Source: Vitrella brassicaformis CCMP3155
Lineage: Eukaryota; Protista; Chromerida
NCBI GenBank assembly: GCA_001179505.1
Contig: CDMY01000470.1
Location: 6,210-70,209 of the forward strand
Length of the DNA: 64,000 nt
Direction: 5' to 3'
Part shown: positions 44,631 through 56,199 of the stretch, piece after piece
How the letters are laid out: the number at the start of each line of letters is the position of its first letter
Position numbering within the stretch: the stretch's first letter is position 1
Notes under the pieces: model-generated
Told to the model about the DNA's origin: nothing
Databases searched by the model: none
The model's input: the letters and a program-made list of their open reading frames with translations, nothing else
Program-made: the position numbers and the translations under genes

Positions 44631-45092
44631 CTGCTGTGTGCTCCAAAAGTAAAACTGACACACACACCAAAAACAGAAACACAGCCGTCATCCACCAATC
44701 CCACGTGCCTGTGTGTGTCATGACCAACCGGGCTGCCGAAGAGAGTGCGGCATTTGGTGTTGAGGTCCTGCTGCACATCGAGTGGGAGTGTCTTGACGTA
44801 GTCGGCCGTCTTGGTTTCCTCGCCTGTCGGTGCCGGTCGGCACGTCTGCGTCTGCGTCTGCGTGTCGAAGTAGTACTGCATGCAGCCACACAAAGGAGGA
44901 ATGTCAATCGAGCCTCTTGACGTTGGTGTGTCTGTTCGTCGGCCGCTCACATCCACAGTGAGGCGTCGCTTTGTGGCCTGGACGTTGCAGGCGTCCGTCA
45001 ACTCGTCAATCGTGTCACGAGACACTGAAAGGGACAGTATTGAGGTGTCTTTGTGTCTGCCTATCTGTCTGTCTGTCTATCTGTGTGTATCT
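44630..45092 (-). pseudogene. 5'-truncated copy of the secreted Cys-repeat gene at 55061-56010
   Basis: Encodes VSRDTIDELTDACNVQATKRRLTVD...YYFDTQ...NTKCRTLFGSPV, but the signal-peptide exons are absent. Confidence 0.85.
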
Positions 45093-45182
45093 GTTGACAA
45101 CACCACGGCCACAAGCCCCACCACTTATCTCATGCACGACTGGTCCACTCTGACGCATAGCATCCATCCATCCGTATACACA

Positions 45183-48100
45183 TCACCACGGTGTGTGTCG
45201 TCCCGGGTCAAAAATGGGCGGCATGCGGAGAGGGTCTGCGTCAATGTTGGCACGAATCCTGTCGGTCGACTTGCTCAGCCAGGCCGCACGCTCACACAGG
45301 GGGTGGGAGGAGTGATACAAGAGCCGCAGGCGCTCGTCGCAATGGTGATGCAGCTGCACTCACACGCAGACAGACACACACACATATATATGCAGTGTCC
45401 TGATGTGTTGGCTTGGCCGTGGGTGGATGGGCGTGTACCTCGTTAGCGTCTGTGATTCCATCGAGTGAAGTCATCCGGGCCATCGACAACTCACCCGCCT
45501 TGAGCATCTCCACCAGCACCTCAGGCTGCGACGAACCTGCAGAGAGAGCATCAAGACACACACCACACTTCAACACGTTTCTCTCTCTAATGCGTGTAGG
45601 CTGACCTAGAGGATAGTGGACGGCAAGGACGGCGATGCTGGCCAGACACCGCTCAAAGGCCGCCAAGTGCTCCCCGTCGCCATGCAGAAACTGACGACAA
45701 AGCAACCTGTGCGCCCCATGTCAACGTGGCCCATTCTCGCACTCACTGGCTGACCTGTGCGTTTTCGTCTGCCTCCCTGCCCATGTCGCGATGGAGAGGC
45801 CCCTTCCACCGCCACAAAGCGTCCACACACCCCTTCATGGCGTCGATCAACTCACGAGCAGCCGGCCGCGGTGCCGCGTACAGATGCCGATGCAACGCAG
45901 TCTTGACGCGCTCCCGTGCCGCCTTCATCTGCGCCTTGCCGCTGCTGTCCCTGGCGTGGCCCTGCCACCCACAATGAAGGCACCTCTGTGCGCCATCATC
46001 CGCAGTGGTCACTGAATGGCCGAGGGACGCGAGCAGGCTCTGTGTGACCTGGTGATCGCCACCTGTCGCGGCGACCGATTGGCCTTGGTCGTGGATGCGC
46101 CTGCCGATCTTCTCCACGGTTGTGAGCCGCTCCTTCCACCCTTTTGCCGTGGTCATGACACCACAGGCACGGAGGACGTCTCGGTGTGCCGATGGCTGGT
46201 GGCACGATGGGCATGGCGTCATGTACAGCCAGTCGGACAGGGGAACGGGGGAGGGAGGGGAGGCCACACACGAGGGACAGACGCACTCAAAGCCGTAATC
46301 CCTGGAGGCATCGACCAACCGAGACCAAGACAGTGGGTGACGCGGAAGGGGAAGAAGGCTGCCTCTTCCTTCCCTTTTGTATTCGTTCATACCTTTTGAG
46401 CACCTTGTGTCGGTCAGCAGACGGCGATTTGCCGCAGAGAGGGCCGTATGTGATGGTGATCTCCTCGCCCGCCCGCACGTCTCGACACAGACACACTGCA
46501 TCCAGGCACACAAATACACAGAGAGCAATAACGAATCTCTCCAATATGTGTTTCGTTTCTGTCTCGTTGGCTAACGTGCCTCTGATGGATGTCCCATAGA
46601 AGGACACTATGGCGTTGGGGCTGCATGAGTGATTCATGTAGGAGGCCCGGGGGTAGAATGCCGTCCCAAACACACAGTGGTCACCCGCTTCATTACACGT
46701 CGACACCCCAAAGGCGTTGCACCTACACACATAAACAAGGAGACAGACACACCATAGGGGAGGGACAACTGCCCACGGCCGTGCCGCCCACGCTCTCACC
46801 TGATTCGCGCAATAGCCTGCATGACCACCGCCATTCTGTCGAGTACCTGGTCGTCGATGCTGGTCATCTCACCCTCCCCCCAGTCGCACCACACGGCCGT
46901 CCAAAACAGCGCACCCACCACATCTTCCACCACACAAGCCACGCTGACACTGTCGCTGCTCGACGGTAGGTGACACACCAGACTCTCCAGGCTCCTCTCG
47001 CCCCTCCAGCTGTCCTCTCCTTGTCTGATCAGCTCGCACGCCGCCACGACTGCTCGCGGCGTGAGCAGACGGTATCCGTTGAGATGGCTCACCGATGCCG
47101 GGCGAGGCACAAATCCCTCTCCCTGCCTCTTCGAGCTCGGTTGCCGGCACAACAGCACATGGGATGAATCATCGCGACACCTTGGAGAACAGAAGATGAC
47201 CCGACGGCATGTGGAGCATGGGACAGTCAGCGGCACGGCGCACTTGGTGCGGAGCATTTTCCGCAAGCAAGCCACCAGAGGATCACCATCCGTCAAGGGC
47301 GCCCCTCCGTCGCTCGCTGTGTAGGTGTCACAGATCCGTGCCAAGCAGCCGGCGCACCGCGCACATGAAGGGGGCAGCTTCTCCCTCCACCCTGGCGACT
47401 CAGCAGCATCAGCGAGCTGCTCATCGAGGCTCCGAAAGTAATACAACGACAGCGCCAAGGAGGTCGGCTGCTCCTGCATGACTTCTCTCCGACAGCTGAG
47501 GGCGGCGTCTTGATCCGACACGACGTGAAGGCCCCGTGACGGCTCGTCCTCGACGGACCACCCCACCGGCTGACACACGTCCCTTTTGTCGATCTCGTCG
47601 AATGGCCAGCCGCGAGCGAAGCCCTCGTCCGTCACCTCTGACAGCATATCGCCCAGCAGCTTGGCCACGCGCAGCCGGTCGTCATCCGACCCACCATCCA
47701 TCGCCAGCCTATCCACCTCTCTCATAGCAGCCTTTCCCTCCTCCCCCTTGTCAGCCCCGAGGGCATCCATCGCCTTCTTAATGCGAAACCACGCCTTCAC
47801 ATGGGTCGGCAGCCGAGCCACCGCCGCAATGCCGTCCGTCAGTGCCAGCCAGGGGCAGTCCACCCGCAGGAAAATGAGGCTCCGGTTGGTGAGTACCACG
47901 GCTGCCGCATCGTCTGTCGGGGCGGTCTTGAGGGCCTCTGTGTAGTAGTAGATGGCCTTGTCCTGAGCGTCCCCTTTAAAGGCCTCATTGCCTTGCTGCC
48001 GCACTGCATCTGAAAGCTCACGGGATTTGCTGTCGGTGTCGGTGCTGCGCAGTAGATGGGACAGAGTGGCCAGCAGCTCTCGCCTGACAGCCAGGGATGA

Positions 48101-48229
48101 GCAGATCTGCGCGAGCAGATCCCGCCATGTTGAAAGATCAGCAGCTGAGCCGGCCGGGATGTTGCGTAGCGCCTCTTCTGTCGCCTCACGCAAGTGCTGC
48201 AGACACTGTAATGGCGAATGAGCACTCAT
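45183..48229 (-). CDS. TPR + SET/MYND (SMYD4-like) lysine methyltransferase
   Basis: TPR (VRQQGNEAFK...AIYYYTEAL, VLTNRSLIFL). Split SET start (RGLHVV). MYND-like cysteines (CAGC, PCSTCRRVIFCSPRC). FYPRASYMNHSCSPNA, GEEITITYG and post-SET FECVCPSC. Confidence 0.92.
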
Positions 48230-48614
48230 TGATGTGCACTGACCAGTTCAGTGCCTCACCTGAAGTCGGCCGTCCATCAGACCTGAAAGATCCATCGTAT
48301 CTGGCTCTCAACTCGACATCATAGCCATTGATTGGTACCCAGGAAGCCAATTGGAAGCGGCTCTTCGGCTCTTCGCCATTTCCCCTGTGCGAGCTTGAAC
48401 AGCGCGCGATTTGCGAGCTTCGAATGTCTTTAAGGCAGAGGCGAAAGGAGGCTGCTCAGCAGGTCGTCCTCGTCGCGCAAGAGGGTGCTAGTGCCAACGT
48501 TCTATGAGCAGTGATTGAGCGGAGAGACCGAGGGAGAGAGTGAGTTGTTCTTCCATATTCTGCGAGAGAGTGAGTGCTTAGTCAGCACTGCCCCTCCCAT
48601 CCCCAGCAACTAGT

Positions 48615-51600
48615 ATGGTGTGGCGGAGCTGCTTGCTGCTGGTGGCCGGCCTTGCAGTCGCGAGGCGCGCTGCCGCAAGTTGTTTTGACGCCGTTGATCT
48701 CATAGAGTACGATGGCCTGCCCAGCCACAAGAAGATGGAACAGTGCCTGGCGGACAAGGGTGAGCACAGAAAGAATCGCGCCAGCCATTGCTGCACAGTA
48801 TTCATCGCCTGTTTGTTGTGTGTGCTTGTGTTGCAGAGGATGGCGAGACCAAGTACTGTCTGGCGACGGTCAACTTGATGAACAAAATCGGTGTCACGGG
48901 CGGATTCTGCCTGCCCAAGGACTGCCTGTAAGCACAGCACACCACACCACGGCAAAACACATCACGCCAACCACACACAGCCACACCCCTCTCTGTGTGT
49001 GTGTGCGTGCAGGATAACAGAGATAGAGCAGTTCATCCAGGATGTGTGTGCGGTGTCGGACTGCGCCTCCCTCGACCTGCCCAACCCCCTCGCCAAGGAG
49101 CTCTGCCCCGTCATCCAGTCCTCCCTCTGCAACCCACAAAACCGCACACAAGCTGGTAGGCCAAGGAGCCATATCATGCAGCCAGCCGGTCACACATAAA
49201 CCCATGGCTGTCCTCTCTCTCTCTTGGCAGGGAACAATTTGAATGTGACGTGTCTGGACCGTCTTGGGATCCGGCATGATGTACGGCAGCAGCAGCTGGA
49301 GAGCGTCCTGGCCTGTGGCGGCGGCGACCCACAGGCGCAGCTCGACTCGGGACTCATTAACGACCTGGGAGACTACGACGGATGCCAAAAGGTGAGTTAC
49401 AAGGCACTGCTGTGTGGGGTATGGATTCATGGATGGATGGATGGATGGATGGATGTCAGCTGGCTGACAGCCACTACTGCCTGGCGACGTACAACCCCCT
49501 GCCCGTAGCCTCCGGCCAGTGTGTGCCCCGCTCGTGCAGCTCAGACAACTACAAGACCACCGCACACTTCGTCTGCTCCATCCCGGACTGCGTCGCCTAC
49601 GCGTCACTCATACCCATCCAAAACTGCTTCCTGTGGAAAGCCCTCGTCTGCGGCGAGGCACCACCGACCCCCCCGATGCACGACGACGCACACGTCATGC
49701 GGGCGGCTTTCCGCGGCCACGTGATCGAATTCCCCGCTCTCGGGCCGGCAGCGCCGCACAGCTTGTCTGCTCGGGAGGTGGACAGGCTGCAGAAGGTGCT
49801 CCAGGGGCTTGGGCCGTTCGTGGGCATCGTCAACCGCACGAACGGCCTTCACGACGGTGCGGGGGGCAAGATGACCAGCGTGGTGTCGAGAAGACGGCTT
49901 CAGGTGGGTAGGGTAGGGTGTGGTGTGGTAGCGCCGGAACCGACAGGGCAATGCAGGCAGACAGTCCACTGTGCGCGTGTGGGTGTGTTGTGTTGTGCAG
50001 GACATTCCCAACTCTGGCCCCCAGGGGTTTGCCGTCACCTGCGACTTTGGTCCACCTCAGGTCGACAGCGGACTCATCGGCTTCATCTGCCTAACCGGTC
50101 AGGGACTGACAAACCAAATAATGATTGATCCCCCATCCCACCCCATCCACAGCAAGCAATTCGTCTCTTTGCCTGCCACCAGGTTTCCTCCTAATGGTTG
50201 GTGCCATTGCGGGCGCCATGTCCTACTACGCCAAGACACATCCCAAGGACGACACCGACGCGCCGGGAGGCGGCAAAGCCCTCGACACACTCGGCGGCAT
50301 CTCATCGTCGGCGCGTGATATGGGCGCTGTGTCCAGCTCAGCTGGTGCAGGTGGTGTGGGTGTGGGCGTGAGGGACGTGCGTGTGGACCGCTTCGAGGCG
50401 TCGGTGGCGCACCAGGCGGCGCTGAGCACCCGGGGGCTGCTGGAGGGGCAGAAGGAGGAGGACAGCATGGGGTACAAGCTGCTCATGTGCTTCGACCCCA
50501 TCAATAATTGGAACAAAATGTTCTCACTCAAGGTCAGCCAGCAGCTCACGTGTGTGCCATCCGTGCCATCCATCTGTGTGTGTCTCCTTCCTTGTGCAGA
50601 CGAGTGATAAGTCGCTGTCGTGTTTGAATGGCGTGCGGGTGCTGTCGCTGTCCTGGATCATCCTGGCGCACATACTCGTCGCCGAAGGCATCGCCGCCAC
50701 ACTCAAAAACATCCAGGTACGCATCACATCCCATTCATCTCACGCGACGAAGGCGCCTGTGGATGTGTCGTGTTGCGCTGGCTGCAGGTGGTCGGCGGGT
50801 TGCTGCAGCGGTTCTCCTTCCAAACCATCATCGGGGGCTTCTTCGCTGTCGACAGTTTCTTCTACCTCTCCGGCTTCCTCACGGCCTACACCGTCACCAA
50901 CACCACCCGCACCAAGACCAGGGGCAAACTGCCTGTCGGAATGGCCATCCTCCACAGGCAAGCGACCACACCAACAAAGAACCGCCCCCACACACAGGCA
51001 ACCCGATGCATGTGTCGTCCCGCCACACACAGGTATGTGCGCCTGACGCCGGTGTACCTCTTCGTCATCTTTTTCTGGGACAAGGTGGCGCCGTACCTGG
51101 CGCTAGGCCCCCGTTGGCCGCTGCTGTCCCAGTCTTTGGGCGGTGTGGGTGAGGGGAGTGCCTGCGAGAAGTACTGGTGGAGCAACGCCCTCTACATCAA
51201 CAACTTCGTCCCAAGCGACTTCGGCCAGCAGTGCCTCCCCTGGTCCTGGTACCTCGCTAACGACTTCCAGTTCTTCCTCGTGGGCATCATCATCCTGTGG
51301 GCCTACTTCCAGTAAGCGAGCTTACCTCACCGCAGCAGCAACAGACCAGGAAGGAGCAACGTGCCTCTCTGTGCGCGTGTGTGTGTGTCATCCATCATAT
51401 CAGCATTCACAAGCTGGTTGGGTGGCTGACGATCGGCGCTACGGCGGTGGCGGCGTCCATCAGCACCTACATCATCGTGACGCAGCACCACTTCGAGGTG
51501 TCACTCACACAGGGCGTCTTCGCTGGACAGGCCGACCCTAACAACAACCAGGTGAACATACCACATACACACACACACAGAGAGAGACGGAGACCGATGC

Positions 51601-52703
51601 ACACAAACACGCGACCGTATGCCTGTCGATGGTGCTGATCTGGCCATGTCAGATGACGGTGTACTACCAAAAGCCCTGGTGCCGTATTCTCCCCTACCTA
51701 GTGGGGATGGCGGCCGGCCTCCTGTGGGCTGAGCACAGGGGCGACGTGCGCGAGGCCTTCGGCAAAATGAGGGGCGTGGGGAGGTGGGCGGGCAGCATCC
51801 TGGCCGGCGCCCTGATGCTCTTCCTCATCTACATCCAGTGGACGGCCAACAAGGACCACCCCGTCGTCTGGACACAAGTCGAAAACTCACTCTTCCTCAC
51901 CTTCTCGAGGTGAGAGATGGCGAATAGAACGATAGCAAACCATTCGCTCGGCATCTTATCGTGTGTTTGTGTGCGTGTGTGTGTGTGTGTGATCGATCAG
52001 GGGTGCGTGGGCAGTCGGGCTGACGTGGTACGTCTACCTGTGTGCGTTGGGCCACGCCCCGATTACCAATTTCTTCCTGTCCTGGGGGTTCTGGTCCCCC
52101 CTGGCACGGGTCACCTACTCGTCATACCTCATCCACCTCGCAATCATCCTCATGTACGATCGCTCCATTGATGCACACAGCCACACACACACAGGTCTCT
52201 CCAAGTGCATACGCGAATTTTGTGCTGTCCTGTGGTGCAGGTGGTTCTTCGCCCGCCCATACCAAGAGTACTACTATGACGGCGAGATGTACCTGTATGT
52301 GCCGGGCTTCATCTTCATCTCATACGTGACGGCCATATTCATCTCGCTGCTCGTCGAGGCGCCCGTCATGAACCTCGAGAAACACCTCCTGGCGCAACTA
52401 TCGAGGCTGGGGAGGCGGACCAGGTCGACGGCCGACAACGACAAAGGTAGGCGATCAGAGCAAGAACCATAACACACGCTTTGAGAGCGGCTGGATGGAT
52501 GTGTGTGTGTGTGTGTGTGTCGTGTTGCCCGCCCGCGTGTAGTGGGTCCCCTCGAAGAGGCGTCCATGAATCCGTCGACGGAGGCCGGCCGCAGCCCCAC
52601 CCTCATGACCATGGGCAGCGAGGCATCCTCATACACACCACTCGACAAGCCCACCACACGACTCAATGGCGGCAGCCAGCCGCCCCCGCCCCACGGCGCA
52701 TAA
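48615..52703 (+). CDS. NRF-6-like O-acyltransferase (Acyl_transf_3) with a signal peptide and a Cys-rich NRF-type ectodomain
   Basis: Signal peptide, SGLINDLGDYDGC, LNGVRVLSLSWIILAH, VDSFFYLSGFL, HRYVRLTP, WWSNALYINNF, WSWYLANDFQF, YQKPWCRILPYLVG and PLARVTYSSYLIH. Confidence 0.93.
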
Positions 52704-55060
52704 GGCGCCGGGGGGTGGGAAGAATGTCCATGTATGTTGTATGTACACGAATGTGTGAGCGTGTGTGTGTGAAGCTCGAGTGTCGTGTATAGACAGATAG
52801 GGGGATAGATGGAATGAACGAATGGGCGACCGGCAGGGGGGAGGGGGAGGGGGCTTTTTCAAGTGGCTGTGCGCGCCTCTTTTTCCGTCTATACGGTCCG
52901 TCTATACGGTCTGTCGCGTGTTGGGGCTGGATGGATGGATGTGGTGTCGGGTGTTTGTTCCACTTTGCTGGTATCGTACTCCAACAATTAGTGACGTGTG
53001 TGTGTGTTGCAACCTAACGCTCATGTGTCTGTGTCTGCATGAAAGAAAGCGTGTAGAGCTGTCTTGTCTTGGCTGGCCGCATTCGTACACACATCCGTCA
53101 ATATACCCACCCATATATTCACTTGTATATCCACTCGCTGCCCCTGCTCACACCTGCCCACCACTTCCACTCACTCAGTTTCTTCTCTCCCGCCCAGTCA
53201 GGTTGGTGCGCGCGTGGCCGTCTGCCTGTCTGTCCGCCGGTCGGCCGCTGTCAGTATCCTGTGAATAGGCGAGCGATCGGTGGATGGTTGGATGGATGGC
53301 TGTCTGCCTGTGTGTGTGTGTGTGTGTGTGTGTCTGTGCGAGAGAGAGGAGAGGAGAGGAGGGGAGGGGACTGACCACCGAGGTGCTCGCATTCGTACCG
53401 CGACACCTCACAGCCAGGCCTTTTGCGCTGAGTGCACAGATGACAGGATCCATCCACCATCCATCCGCCTGCCTGCCTACCCTTGCTGCCGACCGACCCT
53501 CTCCCGACTCTCCAATTGCCATCTTTGTCAAGACAGACAGACGGACAGACGGACAAAGACCGACTCCTCTCTCCCTGCTTGTGACCATTGACTGCTTTGT
53601 GTGTATGGAATGCTTCGTCTGCCAAAGGCAGACATACACTGTATGTAAGATACAGATGATGAGATGATACCACTACTGTAGAGGACAGGCACACAGACAG
53701 ACCACCTCACCAAATGCTGAGCTGCTGGGGAGCAAATACGACGGACAGACAGACAGGAAGGACTGGCGGGGATGGGTGGGTGGATGGATGGATGGATGTG
53801 TCTACCTCTTTCAAGGTCTGGCTGGCGCTGCCCTGACTGAACACGAAAGCTCTGTCTGGCACAGTCAATGAGTTGGTGGCTGTGCCTTGTCACCTCTCAC
53901 CTCTCTCAACCTTATCTCTTCGATCTGTCAGCCAGCAGAAAGACACCCATGCTAGAAAGGAAGGGCAGCGAGTCGGCGGCCGTGCGGCACACACATGAGT
54001 CTCGTACTGTGATGTGTGGTGTCGCCCTGCAGTGCTTCCACGTTCAAGGCACGCGAGCTGGAGGCAACAGGGGGGGCCGGCTGGCGGTCTGGCATCACGT
54101 CAGGCGTGCAGCTGGTGTCCCCGGCCGCCACGGAGGGCAGGAGAGGAGCGGAGGGCTGGATGCATCGCATGATGGAGCGAGCGAGTGGATGGCCATGGGC
54201 GTGTTGTGTGGATGGCTGATGGCTCTGTGTACCTATGTATCACTCACTGCTTCCTTCTATCCTTTCCCTGCTTTGCCTGCCTTCAACCACCGCACATGGA
54301 TACATACGTAAGCATGGCGAGTGAGTGAGGAGATAAGAGCAGAGAGAGAGGGAGTGGAGTCGGCGAGCGAGCGATGCAGAGAGGAGCGCACCCATCCATC
54401 CATCCATCCGTGTGCGCATCGTGGTGTGTGTGTGTGTGTATGTGTGTGTGTTGTGTCGGTGCGCGCTGGATAGTCGATCTGGCGTGGTGTCGTTGGTGTA
54501 CAGACAGGAAAGAAAAGGTGCACACCTGTGTGTAGCTTTTGCTAACTCACTCGCCGTGTCTGTCTGTCTGTCTGTCTGTGTCGCCACTGTCGAATTCACT
54601 CACCCATTGTATCTGATCGATCAGATTTTGGCAGGCAGTGTGCATGCGTCTGGCCATGAGTGTAGGAAGATAGAGTGCACGCATGAGTGGCATGACCTTA
54701 CCTTGGTTGGCCGATCGATGGATTGGTGGATGGATGGATGGATGCAGTTTTGGAGGCGATGAAATAAATGATTGGTGTCAGTCGGTTTTGCTCGCGAGAT
54801 CGAGGTGGAGAGCCTGCAGACAGAGAGCACAGTGAACTGTCCGCACAGATGGACCGAGACACGTACCTGCACACAGACAGAGTGACAATGAGTGAGTGGA
54901 GTGCATTGCATGAGCGCGTCAGTCACTTTTTGAAATGCAGTCGGTCCGTCGATCGATCTCCGTACGTATACGCACACATCGATCATGTCATGTGTGTACA
55001 GTACTCAAATCAATCACAGGCATTCATCGATCAATCACAGGCACTCAAGACCCACCAGCA

Positions 55061-55292
55061 TGATGAAGGCTGCCGCTGCGTGTCTGTGCCTCCTGCTGGT
55101 CTTGTGTGAGGGTCTGCTGCCGCCCCGCGCACAATACGGGCTGCTGACTCGGATTCGCCGCCGCAAGGCAGTTGGCAAGAAGGCCTTCTTTCCACCACTG
55201 ACGCCTTGGATTGCCCGAACACTCAATCGAGCGTGCAAGACGCAATTCGGTCTGCCTGCAGCTAGAGACACAGAAATAATCAACGACCGATG

Positions 55293-55353
<61 letters not shown>

Positions 55354-56010
55354 ATGTGTGTGTCAGGCTACGAAAGCACGTACGATGAGTACTACCGGTA
55401 TTGTTTGACTGGTGGATTCATCCCCTTAGTCAAGTTCCCTGTCGGTCCGTGAGATACAGACAGACAGACAGACGGACACGAAGACACATACCTCAATCGA
55501 TGTGTTGCTGTCCCTTTCAGTGTCTCGTGACACGATTGACGAGTTGACGGACGCCTGCAACGTCCAGGCCACAAAGCGACGCCTCACTGTGGATGTGAGC
55601 GGACGACGAACAGACACACCAACGTCAAGAGGCTCGATTGACATTCCTCCGTGTGTGACTGCATGCAGTACTACTTCGACACGCAGACGCAGACGTGCCG
55701 ACCGGCACCGACGGGCGAAGAAACCAAGACGGCCGACTACGTCAAGACACTCCCACTCGATGTGCAGCAGGACCTCAACACCAAATGCCGCACTCTCTTC
55801 GGCAGCCCGGTTGGTCATGACACACACAGGCACGTGGGATTGGTGGACGACGGCTGCGTTTCTGTTTTTGATGTGTGTGTCCAGTTTTTACTTTTGGAGC
55901 ACACAGCAGAACCAGTGCATGCACGCGTGAGCACACCAGTCCACACACATATTTCTGCGAGTGCGTCCAGAACTCGCCAGCAAGAGACATCAGCCCACAT
56001 GGATGGATGA
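55061..56010 (+). CDS. Small secreted protein with about three Cys-containing internal repeats
   Basis: Signal peptide MMKAAAACLCLLLVLCEG, spliced exons, and the repeats RTLNRACKTQFG / DELTDACNVQAT / QDLNTKCRTLFG. The 3' end is uncertain. Confidence 0.65.
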
Positions 56011-56199
56011 CATAACCACTGCATCAGTTGAATTGCCATTGACGTCTCGCTACATGTCCATATCCTCCCTCCATCACCCCACATGACACGCCAAGTCGTG
56101 TCTCTTCACACAGTCCCCACGAACGCATGATTCGGTCAATCACGTACGACAGATATAAAACGTAAGCAGCGATACTGACAAAGACGGCCGCCTCCTCTA

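Larger units (their letters stand above)
42915..45092. repeat. Inverted duplicate of 55451-58180 (with an internal 610-bp deletion and a different leader)
   Basis: Reverse-complement identity across the upstream region, the PP2C cassette and the secreted-protein exons. Confidence 0.93.

Noticed and set aside
55620-55670. Apparent 1-nt frameshift between the secreted gene and its partial copy
   Set aside because: The indel falls inside a probable intron (GAT|gtgagc...catgcag|TAC), so the coding frame is unaffected.
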